From Actinomycetota bacterium (GTDB lineage: Bacteria; Actinomycetota; Geothermincolia; Fen-727; Anoxymicrobiaceae): a stretch of 64,000 bases of DNA. Positions 1-9,010 of the stretch are shown here, piece after piece. A program made the translations under genes and the position numbers. Numbering within the stretch: position 1 is the first letter of the stretch; the number at the start of each line of letters is the position of its first letter. The notes beneath the pieces were generated by a model. It searched no databases. It worked only from the letters and a program-made list of their open reading frames with translations, and was not told where the DNA came from. Where the stretch lies: positions 22,597-86,596 of the forward strand of contig JAHJCO010000052.1 in the NCBI GenBank assembly GCA_018831265.1, given 5' to 3'.

Positions 1-1383
1 GCCATAGGGGCCAAGCCCTACGTTCCCGGGGAGGGTAACCGCTGGAGCTACGACGGCGCCTCGGACGTCTTCACCTCTCTGGAGGTGGAACGGCTGCTGA
101 GCTCGGCGGGGCCCACGGGTGGAGAGCTTCTCAGGCGCAGCAACGGGCAGGTGCCCGAGCAGGTCGCCTTCGTCCAGTGCGTAGGCTCCCGAGACCCTGA
201 CGAGAACCCGTGGTGCTCGCGGATCTGCTGCCTCAACACCATCAAGCAGGCCTGCCAGGTCAAAGCCAGGTACCCCGAGGTGAAGGTCTCCGTGTACCAC
301 GGCGACATACGGCTGTACAAGAAGGAGCACGAGGACTTCTACAGGCTCGCCCGCGACCAGGGCATCGTGTTCATGCGCTCGCACGTCGAGGAGGTGGCAC
401 CGAGGGGCGATCGCCTCGAGGTGCGGGCGATCGACGAGCTGCTGGACGGCCCGACCGCCCAGGAGGTGGGGATGGTCGTCCTGGCCTGCGGGCTCACCCG
501 CACCGACGACGCGCAAAAGCTCCAGGACATGCTCAAGGTTCCGAGCAGCGCGGACGGCTTCCTGCTGGAGGCCCACCCCAAGCTGCGGCCGCTGGAGACC
601 GCCATCGACGGGGTGATGCTGGCGGGAACCTGCCAGTTCCCGAAGGACATCGGCGACTGCATGCTGCAGGCGAGCGGGGCCGCCGCCAAGTGCATGGGGA
701 TGCTTTCCAAGGACAGCATCGAGCTGGACGGGATAATCTCTTCAATAGAACAGGACCTGTGTAACGGGTGCATGGTATGCGTCAAGAAGTGCCCGTTCGG
801 CGCGGTCACCACCGACGAGGTGGAGGTCGAGGGCAAGATGAAGAAACGCGCCCGCGTCATCGAGGCCTCCTGCAAGGGGTGCGGGGTATGCGTGGCGCGC
901 TGCAAGCAGGGCGCTATCCAGGCGCACGGCTTCACCGACGAGCAGATCTTCGCGCAGATAGACGCGGCGCTGGAGGAGGACCCGGGGGGCAGGATCCTCG
1001 CGCTCGTCTGTCACTGGTGAACTTACGGCGGAGCTGACCAGGCGGGGGTCAGCAGGTTCCAGTACCCGGCGAGCGCCAGGCTCATCCGGGTCATGTGCAC
1101 GGGACGTATAAGCCAGGAGATGGTCCTGCACGCGTTCGAGAGGGGCGCCGGCCTGGTGCTGATCGGCGGATGCCATCCCCCAGGCGACTGCCACTACATA
1201 AACGGCAACATCCAGTGCGAGGAGATGATCGCCAGGCTGAAGAAGAAGGCCCTCCCCGAGATGGGTGTCGACCCCGAGAGGCTGCGCCTGGAGTGGGTCT
1301 CATCGGCCGAGGGAACGGTCTTCCAGAGGATAATGAAAGAGATGGACGGGCAGCTCGAGGCACTGAAGGCGGCGAGACAATGA
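1..1383 (+). CDS. hdrA: HdrA-like heterodisulfide reductase subunit A (C-terminal part, 5'-partial) fused through an in-frame UGA (probable selenocysteine, nt 1018-1020) to an MvhD-like domain
   Basis: Frame 1 is open from nt 1. The HdrA motif FVQCVGSRD...NPWCSRICC and two C-x2-C-x2-C-x3-CP ferredoxin motifs are present. The ORF ends ...LALVCHW at TGA, and the same frame continues TYGGADQAGVSRFQYP...RVMCTG (ORF 1093-1383), which is the MvhD consensus CNWC-S-YGGADLAGVSR. The TGA therefore sits exactly where the second Cys of the MvhD motif is expected. A perfect 7-bp hairpin GCTGACC-aggcggg-GGTCAGC lies 13 nt downstream (1033-1053), the position of a bacterial SECIS. Gene callers will split this into two ORFs. 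Confidence 0.7.
1033..1053 (+). other. SECIS-like stem-loop immediately downstream of in-frame UGA 1018-1020
   Basis: GCTGACC / GGTCAGC is a perfect inverted repeat with a 7-nt loop, 13 nt 3' of the TGA, within the coding sequence. Confidence 0.5.
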
Positions 1384-3005
1384 GACCTGTGGTGTTTGTC
1401 TGCACGACTCCGGAGGAGCGCAGGGACGAGCTCCGCTCCCTGGCCGGGATCCTTGAGCGCAGGGGTGTCGAGGTACACGTGAGCAAGGACTTCTGCCACC
1501 CCAAGGGGCAGCGGTTGATCCGCGAGAACGTGGGCGCGGACAAAGAAGTGGTCCTGGTGTGCAAGCGGAAGCTCACCCGGGACGTCTTCGAGCACAACTT
1601 CCCTCCCAGGATGGACTACGTCTCCCACGCGATGGAGGGCGACCCGGACGAGCTCGCGGCAAGGATCCGCTCCGAGTCCGCGCCCGGCGAGCCGGCCGGG
1701 GACGGGGAGCAGCCCATGCTTCAGAAGGTCATGGTGATCGGCGGCGGGGTGGCGGGCGTGTACGCCGCGCTCGACGTGGCCGAGCAGGGATTCCAGGTGA
1801 CGCTGGTCGAGAGCGACCCCTCGATCGGGGGGATAATGGCCGCGCTGGACAAGACCTTCCCGACCATGGACTGCTCGATATGAATCCTGGGCCCGAAGCT
1901 GGTGGAGTCAGCTAAGCACAGGAACATAGAACTGGTCACCAACGCCCAGGTCACCTCGGTGGAGGGCGAGCCCGGCAACTTCCGCGTAGGGCTCCTGCAT
2001 CAACCGTGGTACGTGGATACCGACCGGTGTACCGGGTGCGGAGCCTGCATCGACGTATGCCCGGTGTCCGTACCCCACGAGTGGGAGATGGACCTGAAAC
2101 CCCGCAAGGCCATATACGCGCTGTTCCCGCAGGCGGCGCCCCTCAAGTACGTGATAGACAGGGAGCGGTGCATCGAGTGCGGCTTGTGCATGCAGGCCTG
2201 CGGGCTGGACGCAATAGACCTGTCGCAGGAGCCGGGCGAGAGCGTCGTTGAAACGGGCGCGATCGTGGTGGCGACCGGAGCCGGTGTCTTCGACCCGTCC
2301 GCGATCCCCGAGTACGGGTATCCCGAGCACGAGAACGTCGTGACCAACATGGAGTTCGAGCGGATCTGCAACGCGTCGGGGCCGACCGAGGGCGAGCTGG
2401 TGAGACCGGACGGCAAGGCTATCCACAGCGTGGTGTTCGTCCAGTGCGTGGGCTCTCGCGACCTGGAATACAACGTGTGGTGCTCCTTCTACTGCTGCAT
2501 GGCCTCCGTCAAGGGCGGGCGCCTGGTGATGGAGCACGCGCCCGGCGCGGACGTGACCGTCTTCTTCAACGACCTGCGGGCGTGCGGCAAGGGGTTCGAG
2601 GAGCTGTACAGACGCTCGATCGACGAGGGGATGCGGTTCATCCGCTCCATGCCCTCGATCCGGTACGACCACGAGACCAACGACCCCATAGTCATCTACG
2701 AGGATCCCGAGGTCGGCGGCACGGTCGAGAAGAGGGTGGACCTGGTGGTGCTCGCCTGCGGGATGCAGGGCTCGGAGGGGACCAGGAGCATACGCAGGAT
2801 ACTGGGGCTGGAGCGAGACACCTACGGCTTCCTGAGCGAGGAGCACCCCGTGGACGGGCTCGCCGAGACCGGGCGCCCGGGGATATACCTGGCGGGGACG
2901 TGCCAGGGGCCCAAGGACATCCCGGATTCGGCGACCCAGGGGAGCGCGGCGGCGGCGAAGGTGGGGATACTCCTCTCGAGGGGTGAGCGATGGCTGCCCA
3001 GATGA
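1380..3005 (+). CDS. hdrA: HdrA-like FAD/Fe-S flavoprotein with in-frame UGA (probable selenocysteine, nt 1881-1883); lacks the C-terminal ferredoxin and MvhD part
   Basis: The ATG at 1380 overlaps the upstream stop (ATGA). GxGxxG FAD motif VIGGGVAGVYAALDVAEQG is present. ORF 1380-1883 ends ...KTFPTMDCSI-TGA, and the same frame continues ILGPKLVESAKHRNIELV (ORF 1902-3005). This reconstitutes the conserved HdrA stretch FPT-DCS-(C/U)-IL-PKLVE. Downstream motifs: CTGCGACIDVCP, VVFVQCVGSRD, AGTCQGPKDIPDS. A nested stem-loop (tcctg...cagga enclosing agctg-gtggagt-cagct) lies at 1885-1926. Confidence 0.7.
1885..1926 (+). other. SECIS-like nested stem-loop downstream of in-frame UGA 1881-1883
   Basis: Inner stem AGCTG/CAGCT (1897-1913) and outer stem TCCTG/CAGGA. 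This is a weaker structure than the hairpin at 1033. Confidence 0.35.
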
Positions 3006-3277
3006 AGACCGGAGAGGGGCTGGTCCGGGTGGAGTTCTTCGGGCCCTTCAGGGAGTTCGGCCACCGGGTCGACCTGACCGTGCCGTCGGAGGTCTCGTTC
3101 GAGGAGCTGGTATCCCTCCTGGAGGAGCGCGTGGGCCCCGGGTTCGCGGACCGCGCCGCCAGGCGGAACACGACCTTTATACTCGACAGCAGGATAGTCC
3201 CGCCGCAAGCGCTGGGCGAGGTGCGCGTGTGCCCGGGCGACCGGGCCGCGTTCGCCCTGCTCGTCGGTGGCGGTTGA
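2990..3277 (+). CDS. MoaD/ThiS-family small sulfur-carrier-like protein (C-terminal GG)
   Basis: 95 aa ending ...LVGGG, a ubiquitin-like beta-grasp pattern. It sits immediately upstream of the tungsten AOR gene. Confidence 0.55.
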   Translation: MAAQMKTGEGLVRVEFFGPFREFGHRVDLTVPSEVSFEELVSLLEERVGPGFADRAARRNTTFILDSRIVPPQALGEVRVCPGDRAAFALLVGGG

Positions 3278-3299
3278 TAATGCCGCACGCTACATCCTC

Positions 3300-3461
3300 G
3301 AGCTGGAGCAGCCCAGATGCCTGTGTCTGTGGGGTCGGACGTTTGCAGTGCCGTTGGAGTAGGTCGATTCATTTGAGGTCATTACGCAATGAAAACGTCC
3401 GACGCCACTCATCATTTGAAATCTTCATTAGGAAAAGACCACGGAGGAAGGGAGAGATGAT
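3300..3461 (+). promoter_or_regulatory. AT-richer leader upstream of aor with an 11-bp inverted repeat (GTCGGACGTTT / AAACGTCCGAC, 3336-3402), TCATTTGA direct repeats and RBS GGAGGAAGGGAGAG
   Basis: Only sizeable non-coding gap in the hdrA-aor cluster; the repeats were seen directly. Confidence 0.35.
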
Positions 3462-5294
3462 ATGAAGGGGTACACCGGGAAGTATCTGAGAGTGGACCTC
3501 ACCACCGGTGACATCCGCACGGAGCGCCTGCCGGAGGAGGTCGCGAGGAAGTATCTCGGGGGCTACGGCTTCGTGGGCTGGACGCTCTACGAGGAGGTGC
3601 CCGCCGGCACCGACCCTCTTTCTCCCGAGAACGTCGTGTGCCTGTGGACCGGACCGGTGGCGGGTACCCCGGTTCCCGTGTCCTCGAAGTACATAATGGG
3701 CGCCCTCTCCCCCGCCACGGGGTTCATCGGGTTCGGTATAGCCTCCGGCGGGATCGCCTCGGAGCTCAAGGCGGCGGGCTTCGACGGGATCGTGGTCACG
3801 GGCAAGGCCCCGTCGCCGCAGTACATCCTCGTTCAGAACGGGCGCGCCGAGCTCCGTGACGCCTCGGACCTGTGGGGAAAAACCACCTGGGAGACCGAGG
3901 AGCTCATCCGCGAGGAGCTCTCCGACGACGAGGTCAGGGTATCGTCGATAGGGCCGGCCGGTGAGCTCCTCTCTGTGCTGGCCAACGTCACCAACGACCG
4001 GAACCGGCAGGTCGGGCGGTCGGGAATAGGCTGCGTGATGGGCTCCAAGAACCTCAAGGCGATCGCCATACGGGGGACCGGCGACGTCGAGGTGGCCGAC
4101 CTGGACGGGCTCATGGAGTTCTCCAGGGACCTCTACAAACGGTGCAGGGGGCCGGCCACCGAGAAGTACAGGGTGTTCGGGACGCCCGCAAACATGCTGG
4201 TCCACAACAGGCTGGGTTGCCTTCCCTCCTATAACTTCCAGAAGGGCACCTTCGAGAAGGTGGAGGACGTCTCCGGCGAGAGGATGCTGGAGACCATGGT
4301 GAAGAAGATCACCGCGTGCCCATCGTGCCCCATCGCCTGCGACCACATAAACGAGGTCAAAGAGGGGCCCTGGGCGGGCACGGTCTCGTCGATGGACTAC
4401 GAATCGCTCGAGCTCCTCGGCCCCAACTGCGGGGTCTCCGACCTCAACGCCATCACCAAGGCGGTCGAGCTCTGCGACACCCTGGGCATAGACACCATAT
4501 CGGCCGGGGTGACCGTCTCCTGGGCTATGGAGGCGTTCGAGAGGGGACTGCTCACCAGTGAGGACGTCGACGGCCTCGACCTGCGCTTCGGGAACGGCGA
4601 GGCGATGGTGGAGGCGGTGCGGCGGATGTCCCTGCGCGAGGGCAATCTCGGCGCACTGATCGCCGACGGCTCCGCGCGGGCGGCGGAGAAGCTGGGCAAG
4701 GGCTCGGAAAAGTTCGCCATGGTCAACAAGAAGCTGGAGTGGGGCGCGTACTCGCTCCGTCCGCTGCAGACGGCAACCCTGGGGTTCGCCACCAGCGTGC
4801 GGGGCGCCTGCTACCTGCGCTCCGGCTCCTACCAGCCCGACGTGAAGGGCACCGTGGACCGGTACCACCTGGACAGCTCGCGGGGAAAGGTCGTCTTCGA
4901 GGGAGAGAACCTGTACGCGATAATCGACTCGCTCATCATCTGCAAGTTCACCCGGGGCATATACAAGGACAACACCGAGTTCACCAAGCTCATAAAGCTG
5001 GTCACCGGGTTCGACTGGAGCGTAGAGGAGATGATCAAGACCGGCGAGCGCATCCACAACCAGGCCAAGCTCTTCAACGTGAGGTTCGGCGCCAAGCGCG
5101 CCGACGACTACCCGCCGCCGCGCGCGTTCGAGGAGAAGCTGTACGACGATGTGAGCGACGGTGCGATCATCATCCGCGCGGAGTACGACGAGGCGCTCTC
5201 CGGCTACTACGAGGAGCGGCGCTGGGACGAGGAAGGCATACCGACGAAGGCGCTCCTCGAGGAGCTCGGCCTCGACGCGACCCTGGGGGTGTGA
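3462..5294 (+). CDS. aor: aldehyde:ferredoxin oxidoreductase (tungsten-containing AOR family)
   Basis: 610 aa with N-terminus MKGYTGKYLRVDLTTG..., typical of the AOR family. Size and domain order match a W-pterin AOR. Confidence 0.85.
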   Translation: MKGYTGKYLRVDLTTGDIRTERLPEEVARKYLGGYGFVGWTLYEEVPAGTDPLSPENVVCLWTGPVAGTPVPVSSKYIMGALSPATGFIGFGIASGGIASELKAAGFDGIVVTGKAPSPQYILVQNGRAELRDASDLWGKTTWETEELIREELSDDEVRVSSIGPAGELLSVLANVTNDRNRQVGRSGIGCVMGSKNLKAIAIRGTGDVEVADLDGLMEFSRDLYKRCRGPATEKYRVFGTPANMLVHNRLGCLPSYNFQKGTFEKVEDVSGERMLETMVKKITACPSCPIACDHINEVKEGPWAGTVSSMDYESLELLGPNCGVSDLNAITKAVELCDTLGIDTISAGVTVSWAMEAFERGLLTSEDVDGLDLRFGNGEAMVEAVRRMSLREGNLGALIADGSARAAEKLGKGSEKFAMVNKKLEWGAYSLRPLQTATLGFATSVRGACYLRSGSYQPDVKGTVDRYHLDSSRGKVVFEGENLYAIIDSLIICKFTRGIYKDNTEFTKLIKLVTGFDWSVEEMIKTGERIHNQAKLFNVRFGAKRADDYPPPRAFEEKLYDDVSDGAIIIRAEYDEALSGYYEERRWDEEGIPTKALLEELGLDATLGV

Positions 5295-5299
5295 GGTAG

Positions 5300-5776
5300 A
5301 TGGAAGCCAAGAAGATAATCGTCTGCGACACCGAGAAGTGCACCGGATGCGAGATCTGCGAGTACGCCTGCTCCATCTACAAGGAGAAGAGGATCAACTG
5401 GTCCCGGTCCCGGATAAGGCACGTCCGCATCGAGCCCACCTTCGACATCGCCATAGCCTGCCGCAAGTGCGAGGAGCCCCTCTGCATCAAGGCGTGCCCG
5501 CGTGACGCGGTGGTGGTGCTCTCCGACGGGTCCGTGAAGATCGACAAGGATAAGTGCAACGGCTGCGGCTGGTGCATAGAGGCGTGCAACTTCGGGGCGC
5601 TGAAGCTCGACTGGGAGAAAAAATGCGCGTTCACCTGCGATTTCTGCGCGGACCTCGGCACCCCCATGTGCGTCGAGGTCTGCCCGTATGAGGCCCTGGA
5701 GTACACCACGCTGGACCAGGTGGGCCACGAGGCGGGCAAGAAGGCGTTCAAGAGGATAATCGAGGAGCTGAGCTGA
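5300..5776 (+). CDS. 4Fe-4S poly-ferredoxin (AOR-associated electron-transfer subunit)
   Basis: 158 aa with four CxxCxxCxxxCP-type motifs; 5 nt downstream of aor. Confidence 0.8.
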   Translation: MEAKKIIVCDTEKCTGCEICEYACSIYKEKRINWSRSRIRHVRIEPTFDIAIACRKCEEPLCIKACPRDAVVVLSDGSVKIDKDKCNGCGWCIEACNFGALKLDWEKKCAFTCDFCADLGTPMCVEVCPYEALEYTTLDQVGHEAGKKAFKRIIEELS

Positions 5777-5820
5777 GCCGACATTTGCAGGCTTGAGGCC
5801 TCTTTCTCTGATATCCTAGT

Positions 5821-5841
5821 CGGTGCCCATGCCGGGGCACG
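5821..5841 (+). terminator. GTGCCC-atgccg-GGGCAC hairpin between the ferredoxin gene and the next gene
   Basis: 6-bp GC stem, then AGGAGG RBS and the GTG start of the 5858 gene. Confidence 0.3.
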
Positions 5842-5857
5842 AAGATAGGAGGTCGTC

Positions 5858-8056
5858 GTGAAGAGGTCGCTCGTCTCGCTGTCGATCGCAACCCTGCTCC
5901 TGTTCTCTACCGTTCCCCTGCTCCCTCAGGCCGCCGTGGCGGCGGACCTGCAGGGCTGGGTGCAACAGGTGTCGGGCGTGACCGAGAACCTGGTGGACGT
6001 ACAGGCGCTCGACGCCGATACGGCCTGGGCGGTCGGCTGGAGCGACACCATCCTGAAGACCACCAACGGGGGGGCGGACTGGAACCCCCAGGTGTCCGGG
6101 ACGACGAGCAAGGACCTGCAGGATATCTCCGCGGTGAACGGCAACACGGCCTGGGCGGTCGGTCACGGCGGGACGATCATCGTGACCGTCAACGGTGGAA
6201 CAACCTGGACACCGCCCCTGACGGCTCCTCCGATCGCCACCACCAACCTGGCCGGAGTGCACGCCTTCAGCGCGCTCTCGGTATGGGCGGTCGGCGGGTC
6301 CGGCACGGTGATAAGGACCAACAACGGGGGGCTGACCTGGGACGACCAGGCCACTCCCACCACGCGGGACCTGTTCGCGATATCGGCGGCGGACACGCTC
6401 AACGCCTGGGCTGTGGGAAACGAAGGAGCGCTCATCCACACCACCAACGGCGGCGCCACCTGGGTCGCACAGACCGCCACCTCGCAGAAGCTCCGGGGCG
6501 TCCACGCCCTCAGCCCCACTGTGGCATGGATCTGCGGGTTCAACGGCGAGATCTACAAGACGTATGACGCCGGAGCCACCTGGAACCGTCAGCCGACGCC
6601 GACCGACAACATACTCTATGACATCTGGGCCGTGGACAACGACGTGGCCTGGTCCGTGGGCTACGACGACTTCGTCCTCGACGAGGGGATAACCCTGAAG
6701 ACGACCGCGGACGGGGCCGACTGGCACTTCCAGTACGGCTCGACGCAGAACCTGCTCGGGGTGAGCGCGGTGAACTCGCAGATCGCCTGGGCGGTCGGCA
6801 TGAACGGCGAGATACTGAAGACGACCAACGGGGGCGAGTGGTACAGGACCTGGTATCTCGCCGAGGGAGCGACCCTGGGCGGCTTCGAGACCTGGGTGCT
6901 GGTGCAAAACCCGGGCACGAACCCGGCGGACGTCAACATCACCTACATGACGGACCAGGGCGCGGTACAGGGCCCTGTGTTCCAGCTCGCGCCGGAGAGC
7001 CGCACGACCGTGAACGTCGCGGAAACGGTACAGACCTTCGACGTGTCCACCTACGTATCGAGCAATGCCCCGGTGGTGGCGGAGCGCGCCATGTACTGGT
7101 TCAACCGCAAGGCCGGCCACGAGTCCATTGGAACGGTGGCTCCGGCCACGACCTGGTACCTGGCGGAGGGAGCCACCCAGGGAGGCTTCGAGACCTGGGT
7201 GCTCGTGCAGAACCCGGGTGCGGCCACCGCTAATGTGAACCTCACCTACATGACCGAGAATGGGGCGGTGCCCGGACCCCCGCTGCAGATACCGGCTCAG
7301 AGCCGGCAGTCGGTGCCGGTGAACGCGACCGTGACCACCTACAAGGTCTCGACGCTCGTGTCGAGCGACCAGCCGGTCATCGCCGAGCGGGCGATGTACT
7401 GGAACAACAGGTTCGGCGGCCACGACTCCATAGGCGTGAACGGGCCGGACAACGACTGGTACCTGGCCGAGGGGGCCACCCTGGGAGGATTCGAGACCTG
7501 GGTGCTTGTGCAGAACCCGGGGGCTGCGGCCACCAACGTAACCTTGAACTTCATGACGGAGAACGGTCCCGTGACCGGCCCGACCTTCTCGCTTGGGGCC
7601 ATGAGCAGGGAGTCCATCGACATCTCGCAGTGGGTCCAGACCTTCAAGGTCTCCACTCGCGTGACGAGTACACCCGGTCCTGTCATCGCCGAGAGGGCGA
7701 TGTACTGGAACGGCCGTATCGAGGGGCACGACTCGATCGGTGTCACCATGCCCTCGGACACCTGGTACCTGGCCGAGGGGGCCACGCTGGGGGGCTTCGA
7801 GACCTGGATCCTGGTACAGAACCCCGGTCCCATCGCGGTCGACGTCGACCTCACCTACATGACGGACCAGGGTGAGGTGACAGGGCCGCATTTCTCGCTC
7901 GAGGCGAACAGCAGGGAATCCATCGACGTCGGGGCCGACCTGCAGACCTACAACGTCTCGACCAGGGTCACAGCGAGCGCGCCGGTGATAGCCGAGCGGG
8001 CGATGTACTGGAACAACCGCATCGGCGGCCACGACTCGATCGGCCTGGGGCTCTAG
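5858..8056 (+). CDS. secreted protein: signal peptide + BNR/Ycf48-like beta-propeller repeats (TAWAVG..GTIxKTTNGGxTW, about 7 blades) + four copies of the ~105-aa WYLAEG...AERAMYW module
   Basis: Signal peptide MKRSLVSLSIATLLLFSTVPLLPQAAVAA. Modules start at WYRTWYLAEGATLGG, TWYLAEGATQGG, DWYLAEGATLGG and TWYLAEGATLGG. Each ends AERAMYWxNRxGGHDSIG. Confidence 0.8.
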   Translation: MKRSLVSLSIATLLLFSTVPLLPQAAVAADLQGWVQQVSGVTENLVDVQALDADTAWAVGWSDTILKTTNGGADWNPQVSGTTSKDLQDISAVNGNTAWAVGHGGTIIVTVNGGTTWTPPLTAPPIATTNLAGVHAFSALSVWAVGGSGTVIRTNNGGLTWDDQATPTTRDLFAISAADTLNAWAVGNEGALIHTTNGGATWVAQTATSQKLRGVHALSPTVAWICGFNGEIYKTYDAGATWNRQPTPTDNILYDIWAVDNDVAWSVGYDDFVLDEGITLKTTADGADWHFQYGSTQNLLGVSAVNSQIAWAVGMNGEILKTTNGGEWYRTWYLAEGATLGGFETWVLVQNPGTNPADVNITYMTDQGAVQGPVFQLAPESRTTVNVAETVQTFDVSTYVSSNAPVVAERAMYWFNRKAGHESIGTVAPATTWYLAEGATQGGFETWVLVQNPGAATANVNLTYMTENGAVPGPPLQIPAQSRQSVPVNATVTTYKVSTLVSSDQPVIAERAMYWNNRFGGHDSIGVNGPDNDWYLAEGATLGGFETWVLVQNPGAAATNVTLNFMTENGPVTGPTFSLGAMSRESIDISQWVQTFKVSTRVTSTPGPVIAERAMYWNGRIEGHDSIGVTMPSDTWYLAEGATLGGFETWILVQNPGPIAVDVDLTYMTDQGEVTGPHFSLEANSRESIDVGADLQTYNVSTRVTASAPVIAERAMYWNNRIGGHDSIGLGL

Positions 8057-8059
8057 TAC

Positions 8060-8158
8060 GGTGCCAGGCACATTAGCCCGAAAGTATTAGCCTCGATGAA
8101 CTCTTTCCTGTCGGGGAGAGAGCAGGACTAATAATCCAGAGGTAATGTGCCTGGCACC
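8060..8158. mobile_element. MITE-like element: 16-bp perfect terminal inverted repeats GGTGCCAGGCACATTA / TAATGTGCCTGGCACC flanking about 67 bp
   Basis: Lies between two convergent genes. The arm core GGTGCCAGGCAC recurs in other palindromes of the window. Confidence 0.45.
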
Positions 8159-8171
8159 GGGTATTAGTCGG

Positions 8172-8957
8172 CTACCTGCCCTTGAAGTCGGGGGGACGCT
8201 TCTCCATGAAGGCGGTCACGCCCTCGACAACGTCCGCGGTCGCCACCGCGATGCCCTGGCAGCTACCCTCGCGGTCCAGGCAGCCCGCCAGGTCGGACTC
8301 GAAGGACTTGTTGAGCATCCCCTTCATCATGCCGATGGCCCGTGTCGGCCCCGCCGCAAGCCGGTCGGCGATCTCCATGGCCTTGTTCATCAGCTCCTCC
8401 TGTGGGACGACCGCATTGACCAGGCCCATCTCCAGGGCCTTCCGCGCCGGGACGTCATCCCCGAAGAACATGAGCTCCTTGGCCTTCGCCAGGCCGATAA
8501 GCCTGGGCAGGAAGTAGGTCCCACCCAGGTCGGCGATCAGCCCGCGGCGCACGAACACCTGTATGAACTTCGCCTTCTCGGAGGCGACCAGCAGGTCACA
8601 GGAGAAGGCGAGGTTGCAGCCCGCTCCGGCGGCGACCCCGTTGATGGCGCCGATTATCGGCTTCTCCAGCACCCACATGGCGTGACAGAGCCGAGAGTAG
8701 GCGAAGCAGGTTATCCGCATGCCCGGCGCGGTGAAGGCGTCCTCCCGGCCGCCTCCGCCCGACAGGTCGGCCCCGGTGCAGAAGCCGTCCCCCGCGCCGG
8801 TGACCACCACGGCGCGCACCTCATCGTCGAACTGCAACTCGTGCATCACCGCGCCCATCTCCTGGACCAGGTCCATCGTGAAGGCGTTCTTCTTCTCGGG
8901 GCGGTTCAGCGTGAGGACCTCGACCGCGCCTTTCCTCTCCCGCAGCAGCTCGTCCAT
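8172..8957 (-). CDS. enoyl-CoA hydratase/isomerase (crotonase family)
   Basis: Start at internal ATG (MDELLRERKGAVEVLTLNRPEKKNAF) preceded by GAAAGGAAGG RBS. C-terminal crotonase end ...FMEKRPPDFKGR. Confidence 0.8.
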   Translation of the reverse strand: MDELLRERKGAVEVLTLNRPEKKNAFTMDLVQEMGAVMHELQFDDEVRAVVVTGAGDGFCTGADLSGGGGREDAFTAPGMRITCFAYSRLCHAMWVLEKPIIGAINGVAAGAGCNLAFSCDLLVASEKAKFIQVFVRRGLIADLGGTYFLPRLIGLAKAKELMFFGDDVPARKALEMGLVNAVVPQEELMNKAMEIADRLAAGPTRAIGMMKGMLNKSFESDLAGCLDREGSCQGIAVATADVVEGVTAFMEKRPPDFKGR

Positions 8958-9010
8958 GGGCCTTCCTTTCTCATGCAGCCACTCAGCGGTGGCGAACTCG
9001 CGACGCCCAA

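Noticed and set aside
1018-1020. Reading the TGA at 1018 (and at 1881) as a genuine stop separating independent genes, or as a pseudogenising mutation
   Set aside because: Conserved family motifs run straight across both TGAs in the same frame, with the TGA exactly at a conserved Cys. Both are followed by hairpins at SECIS distance. Two independent nonsense mutations at conserved Cys codons are unlikely.
210-1628. Numerous long overlapping ORFs in alternative frames and strands across the hdrA region (for example 210-764, 339-935, 742-1194, 1091-1597, 1194-1628)
   Set aside because: These are typical high-GC shadow ORFs. They are Arg/Pro/Ala-rich with no motifs and overlap the strongly supported HdrA/MvhD frames.
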